25,307 bases of DNA, from the NCBI GenBank assembly GCA_029564175.1, contig JAKQQL010000015.1, positions 1 through 25,307 of the forward strand, given 5' to 3'. The number at the start of each line of letters is the position of its first letter. Position 1 is the first letter of the stretch. Source of the stretch: Candidatus Cloacimonadota bacterium (GTDB taxonomy: Bacteria; Cloacimonadota; Cloacimonadia; Cloacimonadales; WRIO01). A program made the translations under genes and the position numbers. Of this stretch, positions 1-8,250 are shown in pieces. The notes under the pieces are model-generated. The model worked only from the letters and a program-made list of their open reading frames with translations. It searched no databases and was not told the origin of the DNA.

Positions 1-162
1 GATGGTCAGAGTAACTCCGGCATCAACATAGACATTCTCATTGACAAGATAAGGATTGTTTCTTGGACTCCAGGTGGTATTCTGAGTAATATGTCCTCCT
101 ACCTCAATAGAATCAAGCATAGACATCAAACACATTATTAATGCAAATAGATAGTATCGCAT
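1..162 (-). CDS. Partial CDS (5' end; runs off the left edge) of a secreted protein, probably right-handed parallel beta-helix type
   Basis: Not in the ORF track. ATG at 162, SD CAGGAG at 173-168. Translation MRYYLFALIMCLMSMLDSIEVGGHITQNTTWSPRNNPYLVNENVYVDAGVTLTI has a signal-peptide-like start and the 'GGHI..NTTW...NPY.V...V.V..GVTLTI' motif typical of the N-terminus of beta-helix surface proteins. Confidence 0.85.
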   Translation of the reverse strand, partial: MRYYLFALIMCLMSMLDSIEVGGHITQNTTWSPRNNPYLVNENVYVDAGVTLTI

Positions 163-181
163 AAGATCTCCTGTATAAATT

Positions 182-207
182 GGCAGGAGTGAATGAACAC
201 TCCTGCC
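182..207. promoter_or_regulatory. Perfect 10-bp intergenic hairpin (mRNA-stabilising or terminator-like)
   Basis: GGCAGGAGTG-AATGAA-CACTCCTGCC lies between two co-oriented genes. The T-run is on the plus-strand side, so it is not a canonical terminator for the minus-strand transcript. Confidence 0.65.
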
Positions 208-216
208 GTTTTTATT

Positions 217-3200
217 TTATTTCATTAACATCATTTTACGGACAGACGACTGACCGCCATGCTCTATTCTTGCAAAATAGATACCAGAAGCAACAGTCAT
301 TCCATTGTTATTCTTTCCATCCCATAATACTTCATGTTTCCCGGCTCCAAGTTTTTCAGAAATCAGGGTCTTCACCTTTTGACCTTTGATATTGAAAATG
401 CTCAGAGTTACCTTTCCATCTTTTGGTACATCAAAGCAAATTTTAGTTGAAGGATTAAATGGATTTGGGTAGTTAGACGAGATATTTAGTTTTTTAGGAA
501 TTTGAGGACTCATACCAATTTCTTTGACACGGGATAAATTGCACATCAAATCCAGATACTTGTTAAAGTTAAGACTACGCTGAGTGATGTTTTCAGCCAT
601 TTTACTCTGATTAGTATTCTGATTCATCAGACAATAGCCCTGATCCACTAAGGCAAACAATGAATCTGCAACAGTTTCAGGGTTATTTAAAATCAGCTGT
701 AATCTCTCAATCGCCGTAGGATAATCTTTTTCTGAGATATAAGTCTTTGTCTTAACCTGTTCTTTTTTCAGATAAACGGCTAAATCCTCACTGTTAATCT
801 TCTGATCAAGATAGACTCGCAGAGCATCAAAATCAGCATCGATTGCTTTTGTAATTAAATACAGATATTCCAGCGCAAACTCTGTTTGAACTGAATCCGG
901 ATAAGTCTCCACAACCGCTTTCATCGTTGCAATGGAAGAGTCCCATGCTCCCTGATAAAACTGACTGACTCCCTGATTTACCAATGTCATAACCGGATCT
1001 GGATTTGTTCCCCAGTAATCAAAGAATGATTCATCAGGATACAGCCTTAACAAGAAGTCAACTTCTCCAGAATTAAAAATATTCCCATAGATCTGTGCTG
1101 TTGACCGGCTCAGATTAGCCAGAAAATATTGATTCCAGCTTTCAATCTCTTCTTTATCAAAAGGGTCATCCGGTAATACCGAATTGATCGTACTCGAATT
1201 TTCGGTAAACACATTACTTCCATTTCTAATCCCAGATAAAGAATTACTGTCACCTATCATCTCACATCCTTTATTATTCAAAAGTGTATTATGTCTAATA
1301 TTCGTTCCGGTATTAGAATCATACATCAAGATTCCATGACTGTCAAGACCTGAAAAATCATTATGCTTAATAACTGCAGAAGCACTTTTCAACCAAATGC
1401 CTATCCCTGATTTGAAATCAGGACCATCAACTGGCTCTGAGAAAACACAATGATAAATTTTGGCATCATTTCCCAATGCATGATGAGCAGCAATTCCGGC
1501 AATATGATTAAAATAAAATTTTGAAACATTATTCGCATCATCTATATTACCAATTGTAAAATCTGAGTTTAATGCATAGAGGCCATAAAGGTTTTGATTG
1601 AAATTACAACGGTTGATTTGAGCAAAATCAACTCCATGGAGTGCAATGCCATAATCATTGAGAATCTGACTATCTTGTGAACCAAAATTACTATCTTCAA
1701 TCAGCAATTTAATCAGAAACTGATTTAATGGAGCTGTTCCAACCATATTTTGATATGCATAGATGCCATATTTGTTGTTTAAGAAGGTACAATCAGATAT
1801 TGTAATATTGTCATCTTCTTCTAAGCTTTCTTCCATATCATTATTATTCACATATACGCCATAACTGCAATTTTTATAAGTATTATTACTGAATAAAGCA
1901 TTTTTGATATCTTTAACCATAATCTTCTGAATACCGTAAATATTGGAATTTGTTAACTCAAAGTTTGTGTTCGAAACCTGACTATCTCTCATTGAATTAA
2001 TCAATATTCCCTCCCATCTTTCACCGGTAAGAGTATCAATCTGAAGATTGTTTAGAGCCCGTGTATATGATTCTTCATTAGACTGATTCAGAAGCCCGTA
2101 TATCTGACCATATTCTGTTGTTTCAATCAAGTCACCTCTATGTGATTCAGCGCTTGGTTTTGATCCCTTAATTTTACAATTTTCTTTTAAGACTAAGATA
2201 CCCGGTTCTCCATCCCTCCCTGCAATACGCAGAGAGGAACCGCTCAATGTACTGTTTATTCTGCCTAACAAGAAAAGGTTAGCATTGTTTTTCATTACGA
2301 ATCTGGATTTTGATCCAATAATCAGATGCGCGTCATCAGTCAACTTCACAGTACCGTAATTTGCAATTTCACGAGTTAAATCTGATGAATCTCCCCTATA
2401 TTTTAATATCAGGGAACCACTATTCAATGTAAAGACAGCTCTTTCAGGATCACTCATTCCATTGTAGCCAATGACCATAGAAAAAACATCCTTAAGTATT
2501 TCGAGTGGATATGACCATAAAAAATGACCCCAATTGGCTGATTGATCAGGGTTGATCTTGATTGAGGCTCTTGCCCCCATCAATAAATCATTAGATACAG
2601 AACCAGTGAACAATACATAGTCATTAATGATTAATTGAGCGATTCCATAATTATTAATCATCGCAATTCTTGCTGAAGGAATAACTCTGATAGTATTCTC
2701 TAAATTCTGAAATGTCATTGTTCCATTATTGTTAAGACATCCAATATCATAGTTTAAATAATCACCATTTTGACCAATATATTTAAAATTCCATGCATTC
2801 TGTTTATTGACTGTCAAATAACCATTTTTCATTGAGCCTTCCAGTCTGATGATTGAAGGATTTAGAATTGTTCCGTAATCACTCATATTATTAACAGATA
2901 TAAGCGTATTGTCACATAACACAATTGATGCACCCGGATACAGAGTAACAGTATCAATATTGTAGATTGCATTATCAGAGAAGGTCAATGTTACGCCTTG
3001 TTGTATTGTAATGGATCTGATATATACTTCCATATTGGGATAAGCATCAAGCCTTGTATCGGTAGATAAATCGATATTACCTGCTAATAGAATATTTTGC
3101 GGAGAATCATCCATAGAGATATTAATATTATTAAATATCTGGCTTGAATATTGGCCATAAGCTATCTGATAATCTCTGTTTGATAGAACATTTTCAAAAA

Positions 3201-5034
3201 CTGCACAATATGCAAGATCCGTGCTATTAGGAAGAAGAGCAGGGACGGCCTGTCTTTTGTATCCATTTAGATAAAAATCCAGATTATTGCCTAAAGTATC
3301 TAATGTATAAATGTTCACCTGCTCTTTAACAGCTAAGTCAATTACATTTTCAGGTTTTCCAAGAAATTTAGAATTTCCTCTGTAAGGACTTACCGGATTG
3401 TCAATGGATACCGTCGGGTCATATGCAACTACTCTACTATTCATTGCATAGGGATAAGAAAGAACACATCCGTTTTCATCACCTAAAATCAGGTTAATAT
3501 GACCTGTTGTTGATTGGTAGGTGTTGAGCCCTCCCCAGCTTTGATGTTTCGCTAATCTGGTAAAACCAGAAATATATTCAGTATTATCAGACAACAAATC
3601 TTTGATTCTAATATATTCAATTCGTATGGCGACATTCTCTAATGAACACTCTGTATTTGTATCATCAGGGTAATAAGAGGCATAGTCAGTTGAAAACTGG
3701 CTACTGGCTTCATTTCTAATTCCGACTGCAAGTGTTTTTTGAAGTCTTTCATTAGAAAACAATACGGGATGATTGGTAGGAAATGTTTTTGTACCTGTGA
3801 TATTAGCATAGGGATGATTGACAATATAATCAACATTATAATTATAATTTGAAACATTATCACTGTTATAATCATAATACTCTGATAGAGATATAATCCC
3901 GTCATTATGAAACAGATAGTTTGTTTTTGTATAGTCAGATAATATTGTACCATTAATATCATAATTCGAATTCAAAGAGATATATTCGAAATCAATTATG
4001 TTTGCAGATTCTTTTTTTATCTTCTGATTAAAATAGTAAACTCTTGAATCATTGTTATATTTAGCGGCAACATATATGTTTCCATCACTGTCTATCCAGG
4101 GCATTGAGCTTACTTCTCCAATTTGAGTAGGGTTTGTTTGAACTTTAATTACTGATTGACCATTAATCTCATAAACATTGCCAAAATGTGAGACAGCATA
4201 AAATACCTTATCATTTTGTTCCTGGGTGTCATATAACATCGGAAATTCAAAATAGTCATCAGGACTCATCTCAGGACAAGGTATTGTTAAAAGATTGGCA
4301 CTGTATTGATTGAAATCTACAATATGGACTTTTTGAAGACCAGCGATATATAGTTTATTACCTACTAAAACCGGAGTTGCCATAAATTCGAATTTGTAAG
4401 CATTCTGAGAGTTTTCATTTTCTCGTAAATTTAACTTCCAATTCATTTCTATTGTTAAATCATCTGAGACATCAATACTCATCAGACAACCACTTTTATT
4501 AAGTAAAATAACATTTTTTTTCTCTGAAGATTTATAAAACACGGGGCTGGTCCAAAATCCAGTTCCACTATCGTATCGTAAGTTGTATTTTGTTCCATTT
4601 GATCCATTATAATAAGTAAATGTGCCCTGAAAGTTTGGGTCAGTCGAAAGTCGTGAAAAGTCGTTTACAGTATAGTAGTTTAAACTTTCATTATTCCAAA
4701 ACTCTAATTCATGAATCAAAGGATCTCGGGTAAATGACCAAAGAGGAGGAATCATTCCATTTGATATATTAAAGCGTACTAACTTCCCTGAAGTTGGATT
4801 CGGAACTCGACGATTATATTCTGGCAGGTATTTTACAATACCAAAGGTAGAAACATAAAATTTGTTTTCACTAATCCTGGCGTCAGGATCAACTGCCGGA
4901 GTAGATCTGATTCTGTCATTAACAAGTTCAAAAATCATTGGATCCAATGGTTCCCCATTTACGGAACCTGCATTTAAAACAGATTTGCTTATTATAATTA
5001 GCATTATCATCAAGATTATTCTCTTAAAACTCAT
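217..5034 (-). CDS. Large secreted/surface protein (1605 aa): signal peptide, N-terminal beta-propeller-like region, beta-helix regions, TPR-like helices, C-terminal FlgD-Ig/T9SS type A-like domain
   Basis: Long ORF with SD AAAGGAG. Hydrophobic N-terminus MSFKRIILMIMLIIISKSVLNA; PQQ-like 'FMATPVLVGNKLYIA' and 'SSMPWIDSDGNIYVA'; beta-helix repeats 'ISDCTFLNNKYGIY' and 'INRCNFNQNLYGLY'; C-terminal 'NYPNPFNPSTKICF...SGIYF...KMMLMK'. Confidence 0.9.
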   Translation of the reverse strand: MSFKRIILMIMLIIISKSVLNAGSVNGEPLDPMIFELVNDRIRSTPAVDPDARISENKFYVSTFGIVKYLPEYNRRVPNPTSGKLVRFNISNGMIPPLWSFTRDPLIHELEFWNNESLNYYTVNDFSRLSTDPNFQGTFTYYNGSNGTKYNLRYDSGTGFWTSPVFYKSSEKKNVILLNKSGCLMSIDVSDDLTIEMNWKLNLRENENSQNAYKFEFMATPVLVGNKLYIAGLQKVHIVDFNQYSANLLTIPCPEMSPDDYFEFPMLYDTQEQNDKVFYAVSHFGNVYEINGQSVIKVQTNPTQIGEVSSMPWIDSDGNIYVAAKYNNDSRVYYFNQKIKKESANIIDFEYISLNSNYDINGTILSDYTKTNYLFHNDGIISLSEYYDYNSDNVSNYNYNVDYIVNHPYANITGTKTFPTNHPVLFSNERLQKTLAVGIRNEASSQFSTDYASYYPDDTNTECSLENVAIRIEYIRIKDLLSDNTEYISGFTRLAKHQSWGGLNTYQSTTGHINLILGDENGCVLSYPYAMNSRVVAYDPTVSIDNPVSPYRGNSKFLGKPENVIDLAVKEQVNIYTLDTLGNNLDFYLNGYKRQAVPALLPNSTDLAYCAVFENVLSNRDYQIAYGQYSSQIFNNINISMDDSPQNILLAGNIDLSTDTRLDAYPNMEVYIRSITIQQGVTLTFSDNAIYNIDTVTLYPGASIVLCDNTLISVNNMSDYGTILNPSIIRLEGSMKNGYLTVNKQNAWNFKYIGQNGDYLNYDIGCLNNNGTMTFQNLENTIRVIPSARIAMINNYGIAQLIINDYVLFTGSVSNDLLMGARASIKINPDQSANWGHFLWSYPLEILKDVFSMVIGYNGMSDPERAVFTLNSGSLILKYRGDSSDLTREIANYGTVKLTDDAHLIIGSKSRFVMKNNANLFLLGRINSTLSGSSLRIAGRDGEPGILVLKENCKIKGSKPSAESHRGDLIETTEYGQIYGLLNQSNEESYTRALNNLQIDTLTGERWEGILINSMRDSQVSNTNFELTNSNIYGIQKIMVKDIKNALFSNNTYKNCSYGVYVNNNDMEESLEEDDNITISDCTFLNNKYGIYAYQNMVGTAPLNQFLIKLLIEDSNFGSQDSQILNDYGIALHGVDFAQINRCNFNQNLYGLYALNSDFTIGNIDDANNVSKFYFNHIAGIAAHHALGNDAKIYHCVFSEPVDGPDFKSGIGIWLKSASAVIKHNDFSGLDSHGILMYDSNTGTNIRHNTLLNNKGCEMIGDSNSLSGIRNGSNVFTENSSTINSVLPDDPFDKEEIESWNQYFLANLSRSTAQIYGNIFNSGEVDFLLRLYPDESFFDYWGTNPDPVMTLVNQGVSQFYQGAWDSSIATMKAVVETYPDSVQTEFALEYLYLITKAIDADFDALRVYLDQKINSEDLAVYLKKEQVKTKTYISEKDYPTAIERLQLILNNPETVADSLFALVDQGYCLMNQNTNQSKMAENITQRSLNFNKYLDLMCNLSRVKEIGMSPQIPKKLNISSNYPNPFNPSTKICFDVPKDGKVTLSIFNIKGQKVKTLISEKLGAGKHEVLWDGKNNNGMTVASGIYFARIEHGGQSSVRKMMLMK

Positions 5035-5061
5035 AATATTCTCCTTTCTATTTTTAAAATT

Positions 5062-5211
5062 CTAAGTAGAAGAATATCTAAGTAAATTTATTCTTATCTC
5101 CTGGTACAGACAGTCCGGAAAACACAGAAAACAAGCTAAGTATATATATATATATATAGTTACACTTTTTCTCCAAAACCTGTTTTGGTTTTTCTTTTCA
5201 GAATACTTCAT
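5062..5211 (-). CDS. Possible 49-aa leader ORF containing the (TA)9 tract
   Basis: ATG at 5211, weak SD AAAGGA at 5227-5222. Reads MKYSEKKNQNRFWRKSVTIYIYIYLACFLCFPDCLYQEIRINLLRYSST*. No homology recognised. Confidence 0.3.
   Translation of the reverse strand: MKYSEKKNQNRFWRKSVTIYIYIYLACFLCFPDCLYQEIRINLLRYSST
5141..5158. repeat. (TA)9 dinucleotide microsatellite
   Basis: tatatatatatatatata read directly from the sequence; the only long dinucleotide tract I noticed in the window. Confidence 0.95.
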
Positions 5212-5267
5212 CTCTGTTTTTTCCTTTAGTTCAATCTATTTATCAATCATTTCTATTATCACGCCAA

Positions 5268-5295
5268 AATATACAGGCCTTTAAAATCTTGTCAA
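5268..5295 (-). promoter_or_regulatory. Putative sigma70 promoter for the 1605-aa gene region
   Basis: TTGACA (5295-5290), 16-nt spacer, TATATT (5273-5268) on the minus strand. Confidence 0.45.
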
Positions 5296-5387
5296 TATTT
5301 TTTTTCTATTATTAATGCTTTTCCACCAAGAGACTGTTTAAAAAAGACAGACTATCATCTGACTGTTTTTTCCCTTATTCGTTAAAA

Positions 5388-5846
5388 ATGAAACGAAGTG
5401 AAATATTGTAAATCCATTTTCCGTACGACAAGCATCTTGCTTATAGCTTTTCTGAAAGCAGGAAGCTCGCAAACGATTTCTGATTTGCGCCTTATAAAAA
5501 TCAGTCTAATCGTAAAGATACCCGGTTGGAAGCGAACAGCCGTTTGTTTGAGCAGATGGATTTTCCTTCTTGCGATTCTACACCAGATGCGAAGTGATAC
5601 ATTATCATCAGAATCAACTCCGACGGGGGTGAAATGATTGTAGAACCGGTGCAAAAACAAGAATTCCGGAGGAATGACCGATTGTTAACCAGTAGAGGAA
5701 ACCACTGGTTAACAGTAAACATAAAATTAAAAAGGATTACAATTACAACGATATCAATTCCAGAACTAATCTTAAGAAAAATGATTTTAGTCCACTATGT
5801 TACTGCAGTTTTTCTTGATATGCCTGCTAAATGTCTATTCAGTTAA
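5388..5846 (+). pseudogene. Possible decayed gene of unknown family (alternatively a structured ncRNA)
   Basis: 153-codon frame from ATG 5388 with only three internal stops (TAA 5409, TGA 5481, TGA 5595), continuous with the 5634..5846 ORF. No family recognised. Confidence 0.25.
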
Positions 5847-5863
5847 ACAGTTCATTTTAAAAT

Positions 5864-5893
5864 TGATACCCCCGCATATAAACGAGGGTATCA
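5864..5893 (-). terminator. Intrinsic terminator of the lipoprotein gene
   Basis: Minus strand reads UGAUACCCUCG-UUUAUAUG-CGGGGGUAUCA then AUUUU. The stem closes fully only on this strand (one G-U pair) and lies about 40 nt after the stop at 5933. Confidence 0.75.
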
Positions 5894-5932
5894 TTTACGA
5901 TAAACTCACATAATGAGATTACAAAATACTTT

Positions 5933-6961
5933 TTAATAATTCCCTGTTAACATATCATAAGTAATGTTAAAATTAGGAATCACTTCTCTTGATTTTGCCA
6001 GTCCACTGATCTCAAAACGATAATACGTATTGGCTGCAAGATTATAGTTTGAATTAAATGTTACTCTTACTTTTTTAGGATTCAGCCAGCTTATTGAATA
6101 GTTAGAAGAATCTATCAGTGCTGATCCGTTATACAATAATCTCAGCTTGAAGGAATTCGCATTGATTTCCTTATTAAAAGTAAATTCAATATGGCTACCT
6201 GGTATATATTCTTCTGCGGTATGAGAGAGAATTAAAACATCTTCAGGATTTACATTCAGGATAATACTAGGTGCCTGAACAGATTGATTATAGATAGGCA
6301 TTACATTCCTGACAGTAGAACTGGAATACAGATAATCACCAATCAGAGTATTTCCCTGAGTATAAATCTCAATGGTGCCATCTAATGCAGGTAGATTGTT
6401 AAATTGGTATTTTCCCGTATTATCGGTAGTCGCTTCATAAAAATAAGGAACAAATCCCATATTGCTTACACGTGCGATGACTTTCATATTTGGGACAATA
6501 CTGATTTCACTGGTACTGGTCTGAGCACCGATATAACCAAAAATGGCCGCATTTGCCTGATAGAGCGCTTTATCCAAAACCATGCTGTAATTAAAATCTT
6601 CATCAGTTGGCACGTCATCAATACCAATTGCACTCAAATCAGGGATTATAATACTCTGGGTCTGTATTGTAAATCCATTGGGTCCCTTAAATGTAAGTTC
6701 GTATGAACCTGAATTCAAATTTGAAATTGCATAGTAACCATGACTGTTTGATCTGGTTGAGTAATATTTCCCTTTTGAAACCCAAGAGATTTCTACATCT
6801 CCAAGTACCTGTGAAGTGTTGGCATTTTTGACAATACCATGGACAAAACCAACCACTCTTCCATTGTTCTGGTGGTTTTCTTCAGATACAATTTTTTCTG
6901 TACATGCAGTAAAAACCAGCAAAAGACAGAAAATTAACCCATACAATACGGTTCGTTTCAT
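5933..6961 (-). CDS. Lipoprotein with carboxypeptidase-regulatory-like beta-sandwich domains and a C-terminal Ig-like domain
   Basis: Lipobox FTA-C20 after a hydrophobic stretch; 'GIVKNANT...TRSNSHGYYAISNLNSGSYELTF'; 'ATTDNTGKYQFNNLP'; 'IEFTFNKEI'; SD AAGGAGG. Confidence 0.85.
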   Translation of the reverse strand: MKRTVLYGLIFCLLLVFTACTEKIVSEENHQNNGRVVGFVHGIVKNANTSQVLGDVEISWVSKGKYYSTRSNSHGYYAISNLNSGSYELTFKGPNGFTIQTQSIIIPDLSAIGIDDVPTDEDFNYSMVLDKALYQANAAIFGYIGAQTSTSEISIVPNMKVIARVSNMGFVPYFYEATTDNTGKYQFNNLPALDGTIEIYTQGNTLIGDYLYSSSTVRNVMPIYNQSVQAPSIILNVNPEDVLILSHTAEEYIPGSHIEFTFNKEINANSFKLRLLYNGSALIDSSNYSISWLNPKKVRVTFNSNYNLAANTYYRFEISGLAKSREVIPNFNITYDMLTGNY

Positions 6962-6986
6962 ATCGAATCCTCCTTTTTTTATGTGA

Positions 6987-7562
6987 TTATTGATTTAATT
7001 TCTGTAAAACCCAGCTCATATTTGTGCCAAGCGTTTGCATCGTTTTGATTCCTTCAGCATCATTTTCACAATCTCCGGCAGGTCCGCCGATTCCGATATT
7101 CCAGTAGGAAGAGCCAACAATCAGCATTTGTGAAATCAGAAAAAAGTGATTAATGGAATCAAAGGAATGAATTGCTCCACCCCTTCTGACTGCGACAATT
7201 CCCGCCCCAGGTTTTCTTGCCAATATATTGTTGTTTGCTCTGGTAAGTGAGCCTGCTCTTTCTATAAACGCTTTGGTATTTGCCGTAATATCTGCAAAAT
7301 ATACTGGAGATGCGATCAATATTCCATCCGCTTCTGCACATTTTTGAAAAATCTCATTTAAACTGTCAGATTGAATCACACATTTCATATCTTTGTTTTC
7401 ATAGCACTTCCGGCAACCAATACAACCTTTGAAATTTTCATTTCCTATAGTATATATTTCTGTTTCAATTCCATTTTTTTCTAATTCTTCAAACACTTTT
7501 TTGATTAGAAAACTGGTATTTCCATCTTTTCTTGGACTCCCATTTATTGCAAAAACTTTCAT
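6987..7562 (-). CDS. Iron-sulfur flavoprotein (Isf) / flavodoxin-like NADPH-dependent FMN reductase family
   Basis: 'INGSPRKDGNT' FMN-binding loop, Cx2Cx2Cx7C motif (CIGCRKCYENKDMKC), 'ASPVYF', 'RRGG'. Confidence 0.92.
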   Translation of the reverse strand: MKVFAINGSPRKDGNTSFLIKKVFEELEKNGIETEIYTIGNENFKGCIGCRKCYENKDMKCVIQSDSLNEIFQKCAEADGILIASPVYFADITANTKAFIERAGSLTRANNNILARKPGAGIVAVRRGGAIHSFDSINHFFLISQMLIVGSSYWNIGIGGPAGDCENDAEGIKTMQTLGTNMSWVLQKLNQ

Positions 7563-7656
7563 TTTTTACTCATCCTTTCCTTATTCTTCCCTTATCCTTT
7601 CCTTATCACTTTGTTTATTTATGTATATTAAAATATAAATGGTTCAACAGTTCAAT

Positions 7657-8208
7657 TTATTCTTTTCGAAAATGATTAGAAATAATCTGATACTCATCCA
7701 GAAAATATGACATCTGATTATCAATCAAATGTCTTATTTTGGGACTTAAATGGGTATGCCCTACTACAAAATTCCCGATAAGTATCTCTGCAAAATCTGT
7801 TTTAATCGTTATTTTTTCTTCCGTAAAATGAATCTTTACTTTCTCAAACACATCCCGTTCAGCCAATTTTCCATTTAAAGAGTAGTATGCCCATTCCCAG
7901 AGTCTGTCTGCTGTTTTTCTGCTAAAAATACAAGCGGTCATATTCCAGTGATTTTTTTTGTACATGCCATAAATCCATCCTTTTTCCAGCTGATCCTGTA
8001 AAATTTCATGAATAGTCTCATCCTCATCATAATACTTGTAATACAATTCTTCCATATTATCCTTATTTTGACCAAACATAGAAGGATGAGACCAGATGGT
8101 TTTAAAGGGATCTGTTTCAATTCCGATAAATTTACCGGAAGGACTTATCCAGTAACCGATATACTCTTTATCAGAGTCAATTGAGGCAAAACGAATCTGT
8201 GCTTTCAT
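7657..8208 (-). CDS. Hypothetical protein (183 aa)
   Basis: Co-oriented ORF that fills the gap, with a protein-like composition. Contains 'GYWISPSG' and 'LEKGWI' motifs; function not recognised. Confidence 0.8.
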   Translation of the reverse strand: MKAQIRFASIDSDKEYIGYWISPSGKFIGIETDPFKTIWSHPSMFGQNKDNMEELYYKYYDEDETIHEILQDQLEKGWIYGMYKKNHWNMTACIFSRKTADRLWEWAYYSLNGKLAERDVFEKVKIHFTEEKITIKTDFAEILIGNFVVGHTHLSPKIRHLIDNQMSYFLDEYQIISNHFRKE

Positions 8209-8220
8209 AACTTATTTCCC

Positions 8221-8250
8221 AAAAGGGAAAGAGACGTACTTAGACGTCTC
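8221..8250 (-). terminator. Intrinsic terminator after the phosphohexomutase gene
   Basis: GAGACGT-N6-ACGTCTC (8231-8250) directly after the stop, followed on the minus strand by UUUCCCUUUU. Confidence 0.6.

Noticed and set aside
5035..5064. The leader ORF is in frame with the 1605-aa gene and separated by a single TAG, suggesting amber readthrough or pyrrolysine
   Set aside because: The large gene has its own strong SD and signal peptide, being in frame has a one-in-three chance, TAG is used as a normal stop elsewhere in the window, and no pyl genes are visible.
5321..5371. TCCACCA followed by an imperfect A/T-flanked hairpin, like a tRNA/tmRNA 3' end or att remnant
   Set aside because: Only 7 nt match, with no T-arm upstream, and the stem is poor.
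5643..5714. Resemblance to cobalamin riboswitch fragments (GAACCGGTGCAAA...TCCGG, CCACTGG)
   Set aside because: The AGGGAA lead-in, GGGAAG and the B12-box are missing, and there is no plus-strand gene downstream to regulate.
5382..5722. ORFs 5382..5660 (-), 5398..5637 (+) and 5501..5722 (-) as real genes
   Set aside because: They overlap each other, begin at non-ATG starts in two cases, lack convincing SDs and show no recognisable family.
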